DNA of 64,000 nucleotides from Chiloscyllium plagiosum. Lineage: Eukaryota. Under the pieces are notes generated by a model that had not been told where the DNA came from, did not search any database, and was given only the letters and a program-made list of their open reading frames with translations. Position numbers and translations under genes: made by a program. This document shows positions 51,289-63,861 of this stretch, in pieces (position 1 is the stretch's first letter; every line of letters starts with the position of its first letter). The DNA lies in the NCBI RefSeq assembly GCF_004010195.1, contig NC_057712.1, positions 20,224,140 to 20,288,139 on the forward strand, read 5' to 3'.

Positions 51289-52151
51289 CATTTTTAAAGA
51301 CCTAGCACAGACCCTTATGGGACCTCAATTGTCATATCTGGCCAATCTGAAAAAGACCTACTTATATGTAATCTGTTTTCTGTAAGCCAGGAAATCTTCT
51401 ATTCATGCTAATATGTTATCTCCTACTCCACAAGCTCCTGCTTCGTTCAATAGTTCTTTTATGTAGAGCCTTGTCAAAAGCCTTGTGATAATCCAAGGCT
51501 CCTCCTTATCCATATTTCATTTACTTCTTCAAACAATTCCAATAAACTGATGAAACATGATTTTCCTTTCACTAAACAACACCTTGAGTTTTTCCAAGTG
51601 TCCAATTAGATATTTGGAATCAGATGTGCTATGACACACCTCTGCAGCAGGTGGGACTTTGAATCAGGTCTTCAGGACCAGAGATAGGAACACTACCGCT
51701 GTGCTACAAGACCTATTCAAGTACCCAGTTATAACCTCCTCAATGATTGATTCTAACACTTTCCTATCAGAGAATTCAAGGTCACTTGCCTATAGATTTT
51801 TATTTTGCTAGCTACCTCCCTTCTTGAATAGAGGTTTTATGTTTGCTACTTTCCTTTAAGGCTCCAGGATGAAGTCTCGGCATGCAGGGATTAATTAGTT
51901 CCATTACTTTCTAAATTGTAAGCTGCCAGAGGAAGTGGTGGAGGCTGGTACAATTACAACATTTAAGAGGCATTTGGATGGGTATATGAATAGGAAGGGT
52001 TTGGAGGGATATGGGCCGCGTGCTGGCAGGTGGGACTAGATTGGGTTGGGATATCTGGTTGGCATGGACAAGTTGGACCGAAGGGTCTGTCTCCATGCTG
52101 TACATCTCTATGACTCTATGACTCTAATTAAGCCAGGCAACAGTGTCAAAT

Positions 52152-52355
52152 GAGGAGAAAGTGAGGGCTGCAGATGCTGGAGATCAGAGCTGAAAATGTG
52201 TTGCTGGAAAAGCGCAGCAGGTCAGGCAGCATCCAGGGAACAGGAGAATCGATGTTTCGGGCATAAGCCCTAAAGAAGGGCTTATGCCCGAAACGTCGAT
52301 TCTCCGGTTCCCTGGATGCTGCCTGACCTGCTGCGCTTTTCCAGCAACACATTTT
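52152..52355. mobile_element. Palindromic family-A element in CMPK2 intron 1, central ribozyme core deleted
   Basis: Inverted arms of about 80 bp; 14-bp TSD CAACAGTGTCAAAT at 52138-52151 / 52356-52369. Confidence 0.85.
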
Positions 52356-53884
52356 CAACAGTGTCAAATCCCAAACTTATGTCTCTGACTCATTTCATGC
52401 AGAGTGATTCTACTTTGCATCCATTGCCTCCTCATTCAGCCAATGTGCAACATGCTGTCCCTGCAGGTGGACACTGGAACGTGTCACTAATTTTACCAGC
52501 ACTGGTGGAACAAACCAGAACAAACTGGTGGGCCCACTGGCCAAACAAGGGCTGCAGTTTCATTGAGACTGACAAATGACAGCTGCTAAGGCTGCAAGGA
52601 GAGGGAGAGAGAACCTTTGCCTTGTGCCTTAGTGAAGAACACCTGGGGAATTTATAATGGGAATCCTCCAGTGATGGTGTCATTGAAGTATTTGGATGCC
52701 CACTCACTGCCCATTGGATGAGTCCCTCCTTGGCCCATGAGTTCTATGTTCTAGGGCGGCTTTCCTGACACAGCTCACAATCCTGCCTGGAAGCGGGAAG
52801 TGGGTGTTTGTGGGCTGAAGTGGGAAATGGGAGAATTGGTGGTGATGTTGAGTTGGCACATTCTGCTGCTAACTGCTTGTTAAAATTATCACTAAAAGTC
52901 CAATTAATTGACTGCCCATCTGCTGTAAACAAGCACCCACACTGCTTTCATTCACACCACACTGGGAGGCTTGGAATATGCTCACAGATGTGGATTACAT
53001 TCAGCAACCCAATGCATTAAAAAAAAACAAGAAAATTATTTGCTTAAGTAACATCCAAATTTTTTAACTTTTCATTTACTGCAAAAATCTTTCCCTGTAC
53101 GTGCGTGAGAAAAAAAAGCAATAAAATTATTAAAGCAACTAAAGCCATAAAATAAATACACAAAACGCATAAAATGATAAAAACTCAAAGACGATAAAAC
53201 TGCTAAATGCCATGCAAAGGCAAATCCCCATCAGCTTTTAATTCACTCTGCCCATTACTTGATCCTAAGCATTCTCATTGTCTCAGAAACACACATACAT
53301 ACACACAAGGACTCTCGCATGCACCCAGATATAGACCCACAAGTACAGCAAAGGGCAAATCAATAGAGAGTCAGGCATGCATGGACAAAGACAAACATGC
53401 CCTTGCCCACAGTCAGACATGCATGTGTGCACAGACAGAGACAATACCAGAAATGTGACAGAAAGTATGTGCTGATCACCAAGCCCCAAGACTCATCAGT
53501 CTCACCCGGAGCATAATACTTGGGACTCAATGATAAAAATAGCTAATTTTTTTTAATATAACTGTTATCAAAGATAACTGGAACATCACCAGGTTTCTTT
53601 AACAAACTCAAAATAATTCATTTATTATGAACAAAAATTAATCTTAAAGTAAACAGCAGCTACTCATTAACATCTAAGCTATGAACCATAATTAAAATTA
53701 TATCCCATTTAATCCCACATACAAACACACATGTAAACAAGTCTTTGCAGATATGAAGACAAAAAGAGAAATAAACCACTGTCATGGTCAAACGTTTGTA
53801 ATCAAAAGGTAACTTAATTATCTTAATAGGTCCATGAATGTGCTCTTGAAAATACTGAATTGCTGTAGCTGTAGATTGATGACA

Positions 53885-55140
53885 CAGTTGAAGTTTTAAA
53901 TTGGAGAAAGGCCAATTTTGATGGTATTACGCAAGAACTTTCAAAAGCTGATTGGGGACAGATGTTCGCAGGTAAAGGAACAGCTGGAAAATGGGAAGCC
54001 TTCAGAAATGAGATAACGAGAGTCCAGAGATAGTATATTCCTGTTAGGGTGAAAGGAAAGGCTAGTAGGATAGGGAATGCTGGATGACTAAAGAAATCAC
54101 ATCTACTGCTCTGCCCTCATCAATCTTCTTTGTCACTTCTGAAAAAAAATTAATCAATTTTGTGAGACATGATTTCCCACGCACAAAGCCATGTTGACTA
54201 TCCCGAATCAGTCATTGCCTTTCCAAATACATGTACATCCTGTCCCTCCGGATTCCCTCCAACAACTTGCTCACCACCGAGGTCAGACTCACCGGTCTAT
54301 AGTTCCTTGGCTTGTCTTTACCACCCTTCTTAAACAGTGGCACCATGTTGGCCAACCTCCAATCTTCCGGCACCTCACCTGTGACCATCGATGATGCAAA
54401 TATCTCAGCAAGAGGCCCAGCAATCACTTCTCTAGCTTCCCACAGAGTTCTCGGGTACACCTGATCAGGTCCTGGGGATTTATCCACCTTTAACCATTTC
54501 AAGACATCCAGCAGTTCCTCCTCTTTAATCTGGACATTTTGCAAGATGTCACCATCTATTTCCCTACAGTCTAAATCTTGCGTATCCTTTTCCATAGTAA
54601 ATAATGACGCAAAATATTCATTTAGTATCTCCCCCATTTTCTGTGGCTCCACACAAAGGCCGCCTTGCTGATCTTTGAGGGGCCCAATTCTCTCCCTAAT
54701 TACCCTTTTGTCCTTAATATATTTGTAAAACCCCTTTGGATTCTCCTTAATTCTATTTGCCAAAGCTATCTCATGTCCCCTTTTTGCCCTCCTGATTTCC
54801 CTCTTAAGTATACTACTACTTCCTTTATACTCTTCTAAGGATTCACTTGATCTCTCCTGTCTGTACCTGACATATGCTTCCTTCTTTTTCTTAACCAAAC
54901 CCTCAATTTCTTTAGTCATCCAGCATTCCCTATACCTACCAGNNNNNNNNNNNNNNNNNNNNNNNNNNNNNNNNNNNNNNNNNNNNNNNNNNNNNNNNNN
55001 NNNNNNNNNNNNNNNNNNNNNNNNNNNNNNNNNNTAGGTACATCCACATACTGAATCAGAAAATTGTCTTGTACACACTTAAGAAATTCCTCTCCATCTA
55101 AAACTTTAACACAATGGCAGTCCCAGTCGATGTTTGGACA
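53885..55140. mobile_element. Rearranged CR1 (plus-strand piece 53885-54097; minus-strand pieces 54098-54942 and 55035-55140) spanning an assembly gap
   Basis: CR1 ORF2 motifs in both orientations; 92 N at 54943-55034. Confidence 0.85.
54943..55034. other. Assembly gap
   Basis: Run of 92 N. Confidence 1.
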
Positions 55141-55964
55141 TTGATGATGTCAGTTGTACTGCTTCCTGCTGTAATCCAAAATTAAGAAATTGAATCAGTT
55201 TTGCTTTCAATTTCCATCCTTCTCTTAACTTCACTTGGTTTATCTCTAATCCTTCCCTCTCCTTTCTCAATTTTGTTGTTTCCATTTTTTGGGAATAAGC
55301 TTACACCCTGCTTCCTGCAACAATTACATTCTATTTTACTAGTTCCTCCAATTCTATTCCTGCTGTGATATTACCACCTGCCACAGAGGAGCATCTGACA
55401 TGTTCTCCTTTTTCATCAACTGAGTATTCCCTTCCAGTTTAGTTGACAGGGCCCTCAGCCAAGTCCAACCTATTTCTGCCTCAATTCTACCCTCAACCAT
55501 TCCCCTTCCACCCAGAACAATGATCGGGTTTTTGCTTGTCCTTACTTTCCACTTAGCAGTCTTTGCATTCTTTCCTCATGCTCCCACATTTCTGGCACTT
55601 CCAGCAGAGTGCCTCCAGCAGAAGTACCTTCTGTAATCCTCCACTGTTAGCTCTGCATGAAGATCGTTTCCTCCAAGGCAGTCTGGCCTACTCCTGAACC
55701 ACTCCGACACCTCCAACCGTATAACTAGGAAAATAGAGAGGACTTTAAATAAAACATGTGAGTGGGGGTGGGGGTGGGGATGGGGGTGGGAGTCAAGGGA
55801 TCAAGTTTGGGAACATGTGGTACATCAAACAGTGGAGTCAAGGCCAAAGCGAAAGATATTATTAAGGTAAGTGATAAACAGATCATGGTAGGAAGGGATA
55901 TAGAAACAATTATTATGGTAAATCAACAAGTAAAGCTAGAATTTATAGAAAAGAATTAAATGAT

Positions 55965-57320
55965 AAAACTGATGGCTCTGTTTCTGAATGCACAGATGAA
56001 TTGAGAATGCAAATAGAAATAAGTGAGTATGAACCTATAGCCATTATAGAGGAATAGCTGTGAATGAATGGATTGGGATCTGAAACTTGAAGGCTACAGG
56101 ACATTTAGGAAGGACAGGGAAGCAAGGAAAAAGTGGAAGGGTGGTTATGTTACTTAATAATGGTACCGGCACAGTAGAGAGGGATGACTTAAGTTCAGGA
56201 ACTCAAAACAAGAAAACAGTTTAGGTAGAGATACTAATTGATAAAGGCAAGAAGTTGCTTGTGAGAATAGTGCACAGACCAGTTAACAGCAACTGGATGG
56301 AGGGTGGAACACAAAGGAAGAAAACATTAGAGTTTGTCAGAAAGTTATGACTAAATTCATGAGAGATTTTAATCTACATATTGATCAAAAAAAGTCAAAT
56401 GGGCAAAGGTAGCCTCGATGAGGAGTTCATGGAATATTTCCATCATATTTAGTTTTTGAGAACAACATGTTCTGGAGCTAACCTGGCAGCAAGCTGTACT
56501 GCACCTGGCATTGTGCAATGAAATAGGATTAATTAATTGAAGGTAAAGGTGCTCCTGTGTAGCAGCAACCATGAAATGTTTGAATTTTACATTCATTTTG
56601 GGGGAGAGAGGAATGGGTCCGAGACTATTTTTTAAAAAATAATTAAATAGGGCAGTTATTAAGATAGGAAACAGCTGGCTAAAGTGAATTGGCAAACTAG
56701 GCCGAAGGATATGCAGTGCCAGACACTTAAAGAAATATTTCAGAATATACAGAATCGTAACATTTCAAAGAGTAAGAAAAATTCAGAGGGACACACCCAC
56801 CAACCACAGTTAACTAGAAATATTAAAAACAGTATTAAACTTAAAAAGAAATGCATATCATTTTCCAAAGGTTGGTGGCAGGTAAGATTGGACAGAATAT
56901 AACAAACAAGAAAGCATAACAAAAAAATTAATGAGGGGAAAATTAAGGTATGAAAAAGCTAGACAGAAATATAAATTCAGATAGGAACTGAACATTAGGA
57001 ATTTTTATAAATATTTTAAAAAGAAAAGACCATGGAAAATTAGTAATGTAAAATAAGGAATGGAAGATCTGTGAACAAATATTTTGCATCTGTCTTTAAT
57101 ATAGAGCATACCATCAATATCCCAGAAACACTCAGGAAAATACAGTCAACAGAGTTCTGAAGGAAGGTCACTGGACTCGAAACCTTAACTCCATCTTTTC
57201 TCCAGAGATACTGCCAGACTTGCTGAGATTCTTCAGCATCTGAAGTTCTTTTATCACAATCACCATAGAATTTCTACTGAGTAAATTGTTGGAGCTATGA
57301 GCTAACAAGTGCCTGGGTCC
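55965..57320 (+). mobile_element. Old degenerate CR1 (endonuclease region)
   Basis: Remnants EGYRTFRKDR, DFNLHID, KYFASVF. Confidence 0.65.
57153..57245 (+). mobile_element. Family-C element in CMPK2 intron 1
   Basis: AGTT-CTGAAGG-AAGGTC-ACTG-GACTC-GAAACCTT-AACT, a degenerate hammerhead core. Confidence 0.6.
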
Positions 57321-58037
57321 TGGATGCTAACTTGATGCTCACAGCATCCCTCCCTTGCCATGCTGTGCAATGCCTTTACTTGTCTTTGGTTTTAGTACTT
57401 TGAATTGTCAGCAGCACCTTAAAGATTTAAAGTACTTTTCTCTTGCCTTGGAGTTTAGTGCAGACAAAAAGCCAGTCAGCAGTCATCAGTTAAAGAGATG
57501 GACATGATACTGAATGGCGCAATCCTACTGCAATCTCACATCTGCTCCAGGTGCCTGCTGCATATGTGGCAGGTGCAGTGAATGAGCTTTGACCAAGTGG
57601 CCATGTTTCAAAGACTAAGGGAACACAGTCAAGTCTGGGGAAGCATTTTTCAGCCAGAGGGTCCCGGTACAGTAAGTCAAGGGCAGCCTCCAGTATCAAT
57701 CTATGGGTACGGTCAGATGGCTTGTTGGCTAGCAATACCTCTGCAGTTTGGGGAGTGTCACACAGTTAGCTTTCTGAGCCCTGTGTCATGCAGTAGGATT
57801 TACTGTGGACTCCACCAACATAAGATAATGGGCTCCTTTAAAGGGTTCGGTAAAAGCATAATTTTTTAAATGATTGATTAATGCGTATTTTTATGCTAAA
57901 CATTATATTGAAAATGATAATGGAGGTTAGGCATTAACATTCAGATACCAAATGTTGAGAAAAATAACAATGATTTATCGACTATTCTGAAACTCCTCTT
58001 AAGTTGAATGTTTTGTTTGCATTTTCATTCACCAAAG

Positions 58038-58152
58038 TGTGTTGAAACAATTCCTAAAGCCAAGGAAATTCTGCAATTAGCGGATCAATATGACAGGACT
58101 CCTAGAAAGGGCCTACATCCAGTAATTGTGATAGAAGGACTCGATGCAACAG
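58038..58152 (+). CDS. CMPK2: CMPK2 exon 2 (115 nt)
   Basis: CVETIPKAKEILQLADQYDRTPRKGLHPVIVIEGLDAT(G), the first half of the P-loop. Acceptor AAAG|, donor CAG|GTAAGA. Confidence 0.95.
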
Positions 58153-58278
58153 GTAAGAAACATCAAGATTTTTATATTCTACTCAACTGGAATACTGGAA
58201 TACCACATATTTATTTTTATTGTGATATATGCTGTGGATTCAGTTTGTTAATTAGTATTGTCTTAAAATCCCTAAAAC

Positions 58279-58529
58279 TATTAGATTAGATTACCTACAG
58301 TGTGGAAACAGGCCCTTCGGCCCAACACGTCCATACCGACCCTCCGAAGAGTAACCCACCCAGACCCCTTTCCCTCCGAATAATGCGCCTAACACTATGG
58401 GGCAATTTAACATGGCTAATTCACTTGACCTGCACGTCTTTGGACTGTGGGAGGAAACCAGAGCACCCGGAGGAAACCCACGCAGACATGGGGAGAATGT
58501 GCCAACTCCCCACAGACAGTCACCCAAGG
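58279..58529 (-). mobile_element. 5'-truncated HE1-type SINE in CMPK2 intron 2
   Basis: Shared body and tail. Confidence 0.85.
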
Positions 58530-59619
58530 CACCCAATGGGCAGACCAGGCAGTCAACCATTTAAGGAGCTACTTCCATTAATGTAGTGTAACTAAACCTT
58601 CTGAAATTTAAGTCTTAAATCTCATCAGACTGATATTGACTATCCTAGCAGTGTTGTGGAGTGATTAAATCAATAAAATAGATTTAAATAATTTCCTTAA
58701 GAATAACAAATTAGTAAATTAAGTCATCATGCTTTTTAAAAGTTTAATCTATTTTCAAGTCAACCTGTTCAGAGATGTTATTACACACTATTGGAGCAGG
58801 TGGGACTTGAACCCAGGGTTTGCCCAGTCCAGGGGTAGGGACAACAGAGCCCTTATCATGTTTTTTGTTTAGGTTAGATCATTAATACATTGTAGATGAA
58901 ATGTTATTCATTTCAGATCACTGAGACCATTCAGTTCCTCATAATATACAGGTGAGGGCAGAAAAAGTTTCTAGTCTGTTCTTCAAAATATACTGAATTT
59001 TCTTAGGGAACCTCACTCAAGAGTCACTTTTATATTTAATTTCTAATCAATCTGTTCAGAGATATTATTGCATATTTCTGGAGTAGGTGGGACTTGAACC
59101 CAGGTCTCCTTGCCCTGAAGTAGAGGGCATCACAAGTGAATGTCATTCACTCCTCACCCACTACCTTTAGCGGCTTTTGTGGCATAGTGAGAACAGCCCT
59201 ACTGCTGGGCCACTAGGTCTGAATTCAAGTCTCACTCTCTCCAGATATGTGTTGTAGCATATCTGTAACACGGTGATAAGCAAATATGACCTTTCTGGGA
59301 TTAGGAGATAGAGTGAGGACCCAGGCTGACCTGTTTTCGTTCTGTAGCCACTTGTTGTGACAGCTATCATATACCAACTATAACATCACATTGACAATCT
59401 GACTTGGGGCCTCTGACCTATACATTGTAGTTAACTAGAAAACATTTAATCATTAGATTAAGAGCAAGTAGAATGTTCAGTAGGATATTTCCTTTTCTTA
59501 TTGCTGTGAAACTTTAGTTATCCATATCCTGGACACTTTACATGAACATTAAGCAATGAAAAGGATCTGTTATATAACGCATTACGGCATAATTTTTAGT
59601 CCTTTGTATTTATCTATAG

Positions 59620-59821
59620 GTAAAAGTACATTGACTGAAGCTTTAAGAGACTCCCTCCAAGCAACGCTTCTAAAATCCCCACCAGACTGCATTAGCCACT
59701 TGAGAAAAACATTTGATGCAAAGCCACCTCTTATACGACGGGCTTTTTATGCATTGGGCAATTACATTACTGGCTCCATCATAGCAAGAGAATCTGAAAA
59801 GTCTCCGGTAATTGTGGATCG
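59620..59821 (+). CDS. CMPK2: CMPK2 exon 3 (202 nt)
   Basis: (G)KSTLTEALRDSLQATLLKSPPDCISHLRKTFDAKPPLIRRAFYALGNYITGSIIARESEKSPVIVD(R). Completes the EGLDATGKST P-loop and the DR motif of the thymidylate-kinase fold. Confidence 0.96.
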
Positions 59822-62689
59822 GTAGGTGTAGCCTTTAGAAGTACTTGGTTAGCAGTCATTGGTGAATAACATTCACAGCTTCTTCACTTGGTCTGTTGTT
59901 ATATAATTTTCTTTGGTAGACAAAAATGGTCAGTGGCAAGTAACTTTCTTTTATGACATGGATGCCCGACTGGTAAGCAACTTTCAGTTGTGTCCAGTGA
60001 AAAACTAACACTGTCTAATAATATTTTCTCCAATTAAAAACTAATGTATGTACAATTTTCAATATTAAATTCCTTGAGTGCTGAAGCACAATTGACTGAC
60101 CCGATATTTTTACAGCTGTAGTAAGTAGTAAGGCAGTTTATAATGAAATCCCTTTTCCAACGTTAGTGCAGAAATGCAAATGCTGCAACTTTAAGAAATC
60201 AATGAGGATGATAAATTACTGTAAACTGGAACCAAGGGATTTTACTTAAAATTCACAAACCTAAAGCTGCTTTCATATTGAAAAACAAACCTTGAGGCAG
60301 CAACTAATTGCACAATTTCCCACATTTAGTTATGGATAGTGCAGCCCCTCTTCATATTGACCAACTACACTTGGGCTCACCATTCCGTTTTTGCTAACTA
60401 GCCCTGGCATTTTAGCTGGCGCATCAATTAAGGTTACAAAATTCCTAATGTTGTGTCACAGAAGAGAACAGCCACTCAAACACCTCATTCTGTTAGAACA
60501 TCACTGCTGTAATATATTACTGCAATCAAGAAATGTGCTTGCTTCAGCAAGCTGTGATGAAGTAGTTACTTGGTGATACAGAATTTGAGCACTGCTGAAA
60601 AAGAAACATGTTTCTGTTGTTGCTACTTTTCACCTTGCTCTATCAGGGCAGGCACAAGGATGTATTTTCACAGGAAGCCAGAATTTATATTGCATGAGTT
60701 TATTTGGTAAAGCAACTGATTGGATGAAGCATTGCCATGAAGAATGCAACTATCATTCCACCATGCTTTTGTTTAATTACAAAAAAAGAGCAATTCTCGA
60801 GCAATTCAATGAACATTTCCTTATGAGTACTGATCTCTATATACAAATGTATGTAGCTTCTGCTAAGTGTGAGCTGTATTGCAAACCTGACTGATAATCA
60901 TAAATTAGTTATAAACCAAGGAACCACTTCTAATTTTAGATACTGTGTTCTGAATTTTGTAAGTCCAGGCTGTTTGAATTCAGTCAGTAGTCTGCCTATT
61001 GGGAAGAATTGAAGGACACGTTATTTACGATGATTTGCCATTCATTGGGACATGCAGCCTATGTAGCCGACATTGCACAAACACCAAAATTCACATTGTA
61101 CTTTACTCTTCTGTGTGGTAGGCAGAACATTTGTTTGGCTTGATGGTAAGTTCTTGTTAGTGTAAAATATCATTTCAGTTGTTACTGCCCAGCAGCAGTG
61201 TGAAATGGCTAGCTTCACCCGCTGCTTACATTATTGAGACACCTTTTACCTTTTCAGGGTAACTTGAATTTCAAAAATTAATGCCTTAGAACTATTTGTG
61301 GTGAGCACAATACACAGCAAGCAATGATCTGATTGGGGATCCATTATCACATGGAATAGCTTGGCTGAACATTATTTTGGCATCAAGCTTGCGCAGTGTG
61401 CAAATGGCTTTGCTCTATTTACAAAAGGTTTCCGATAAAGCCAATATTATACTGTGTGGAACTGTATAAAACCCATCTATCTGAAAAGATATTCTGCCTA
61501 CCAAAGAAATAAGCCAGAGTTTCACAAAGTGGGGAACTCCACATTTGGAGTCATGAGCACTGAGGTAGAAATGCCTATTTCCCCCTCCTTCCCTTTCATA
61601 TGACTTCTTCTGCTCCCTCTCACTACTCTGAGGGATTGTGACAATTTTCAAGCCTTGAAATAGGGTTACAGTGGGAAATGTTTGGAACACTGACGTGAAA
61701 GCTCCCATGACACTATTTCATAGGAAAACCGATAAATGATCTCTCTGGAGCTTTTAAGGACACACACAGGGAATACTTTAATTGAAAGTAAGACAGGATA
61801 CAATTGCAAAGTACTTTGTATGAGTCTTCACAATAGAGGATGAAAATAAAAGGAGATATGAGGAAAAGTATAATAAATCAAGCTGAGAAAATCACTGTAT
61901 TAATATATGAAACACGATCATGGAGGAACCAATGAGATGAAAGACAGATAAATCTCAAGGCTTTTATAACTTCCATTACAGGATATTAAGAATGAATGAG
62001 GAAATTGAAAGATCTCCATTTGTGATCTTCCAGAACTCTCATTCCAGAATTTGGCCCTCGCCTTGGAAAATTGCCAATATTTTTCAATAATTTAGGAACG
62101 TAAGAACATAAATGGTTGCCTTGTCTTTTATTAAGAAATGTTTAAAATACCAAGGGATTATGACAGCATAGTTGGAGACAAACTGTGTCTATTGGCATAA
62201 GAATCTTGAATCAGAAAATAAAATTGAAGGTGATTTAAGGCAAAAGAGTCAAATGCAACATGAGGAATGTTTTATGCAGCAAGTTGTGTTGATTCTCATT
62301 GCACTGCATGGTGGGTGGTGGGAGTAGATTCAATCATTGCTTTCTGAAGGGAGTTAGCTCAAGTGCACAAAAGTTAAGAAAAATTGCAAGGTTATGGGGC
62401 AAAGTGAGGGAAGAGTGATTACCTACTTCATTTGCAGCAAGTTAGCATGGACCTGGTGGGCCCAATGCCCTCATTCTCTGTTGTAACTGTTTTATTCCAT
62501 TAATCTAACATCTGTTGTGGGGAAGTTTCAGAAGTGTATTATAAGGAGGACCGAATGACAGATAAACATGAACTGATCAGAGGAAGTCAGTATGAATGAT
62601 CAGTCATCTCAAATGATTCGAATGGAAGTTTCTGATGTAAGTAACTTGGAGGTGAAGTGAGTGTTTGTGGATGTTACTGATGTGTGTTT

Positions 62690-63174
62690 TGAAGATCTGG
62701 ACCCCCGGGGTCTCTCGATCCCGCAATTGGTCAATAAGTACACCTGCAAATGACTCTTTGTCAATCAAATGAGCAATCATTTATTCTTTGATACGGCTGA
62801 GTTGGTAGCCTCTGATCATCCCAGAAGTATGAGTACTCCTGGACCACCAAAAGAATGCGACGACTTGCAGAGTTTGCTTGGGTTTATATCCACCGTTCAT
62901 AGTCAGACATGGAGCATGATCGCATAGTAACAATCAATCAAATTGCACGAGGCCCTCATGCATTTTTGCTTTAGCCTACCATGATTTCTTGTAAACAAAT
63001 TGTATTTGTCCTGCCGAGTGGTTAGGGTTAAGCCGTTACTTCTGCAATTAATCGGATCTACATCAGTCTGTGGTTTCTTATTTCTGTATGGTTCAGTGCA
63101 GTTTAACAATGCAGAAGCCATTTTGTACAGCTTCTTCAGCCATTTGTCCTACCTCCCAGATGCCCACATTCTCA
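62690..63174 (-). mobile_element. Putative solo LTR (ERV-like), antisense in CMPK2 intron 3, interrupting an old CR1
   Basis: Minus strand runs TGAGA...TCTTCA (485 bp) with TATAAA at 62883-62888 followed by AATAAA at 62780-62785; flanks GTTT / CTTT. Confidence 0.6.
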
Positions 63175-63861
63175 CTTTTAGAAAAAAAATCAATACGGTT
63201 CCACTTAAGAGGTTTAACAAAATTGCAAGTAAGTGGGATTGGAAACAACCTGCTGACCTATGTAAATGAATTGATTAATAGGTAGGAGATTGAAAATAAA
63301 ATAGTGGGTACACAGACTCAAACTAGCAGACTGTGACTATTGGTTCCCCCAGGGGATTGTGCTCACACTTCTGATTATCTCTGTAATTATAATGACCCTT
63401 AAATTAAAGAATCCTTCTTCGGTTCCCTGCCCAATATTGGATCCAACTCACAGCGTCATAGACTCGACTTTAGTTTGCTCAATGAGGTAGGTCCTGAATC
63501 TATCCCCAAGCAAATTGAGAACCAAACATGTGCTGTTGGCACTGAATCAGCCAAGCAGCCAACTGAGCTACCCAGACTCCACAAAATCTATATTACTGTG
63601 GAAACCTACGTTCTTTGTGTGTACTTGGCAGCAGTTATTCCCTTTACTGACTAACCTCAAGAAAGACAACAAGGAAGCTGGACCTTAACTTAGTGTAAAG
63701 TAAGCCTTTTAGAATTTTGATTTGAGCAACAAGACTGGTTTTGGTATGTTTAGACATTCGTAAATTATTGTTTTGTTTCCATGAGGTATCACAGCCTAAT
63801 TCACTGTTTATACATTCTGTATGTCTTCATAAGGTTTTGAATACATTTTGTTATATTCTAG

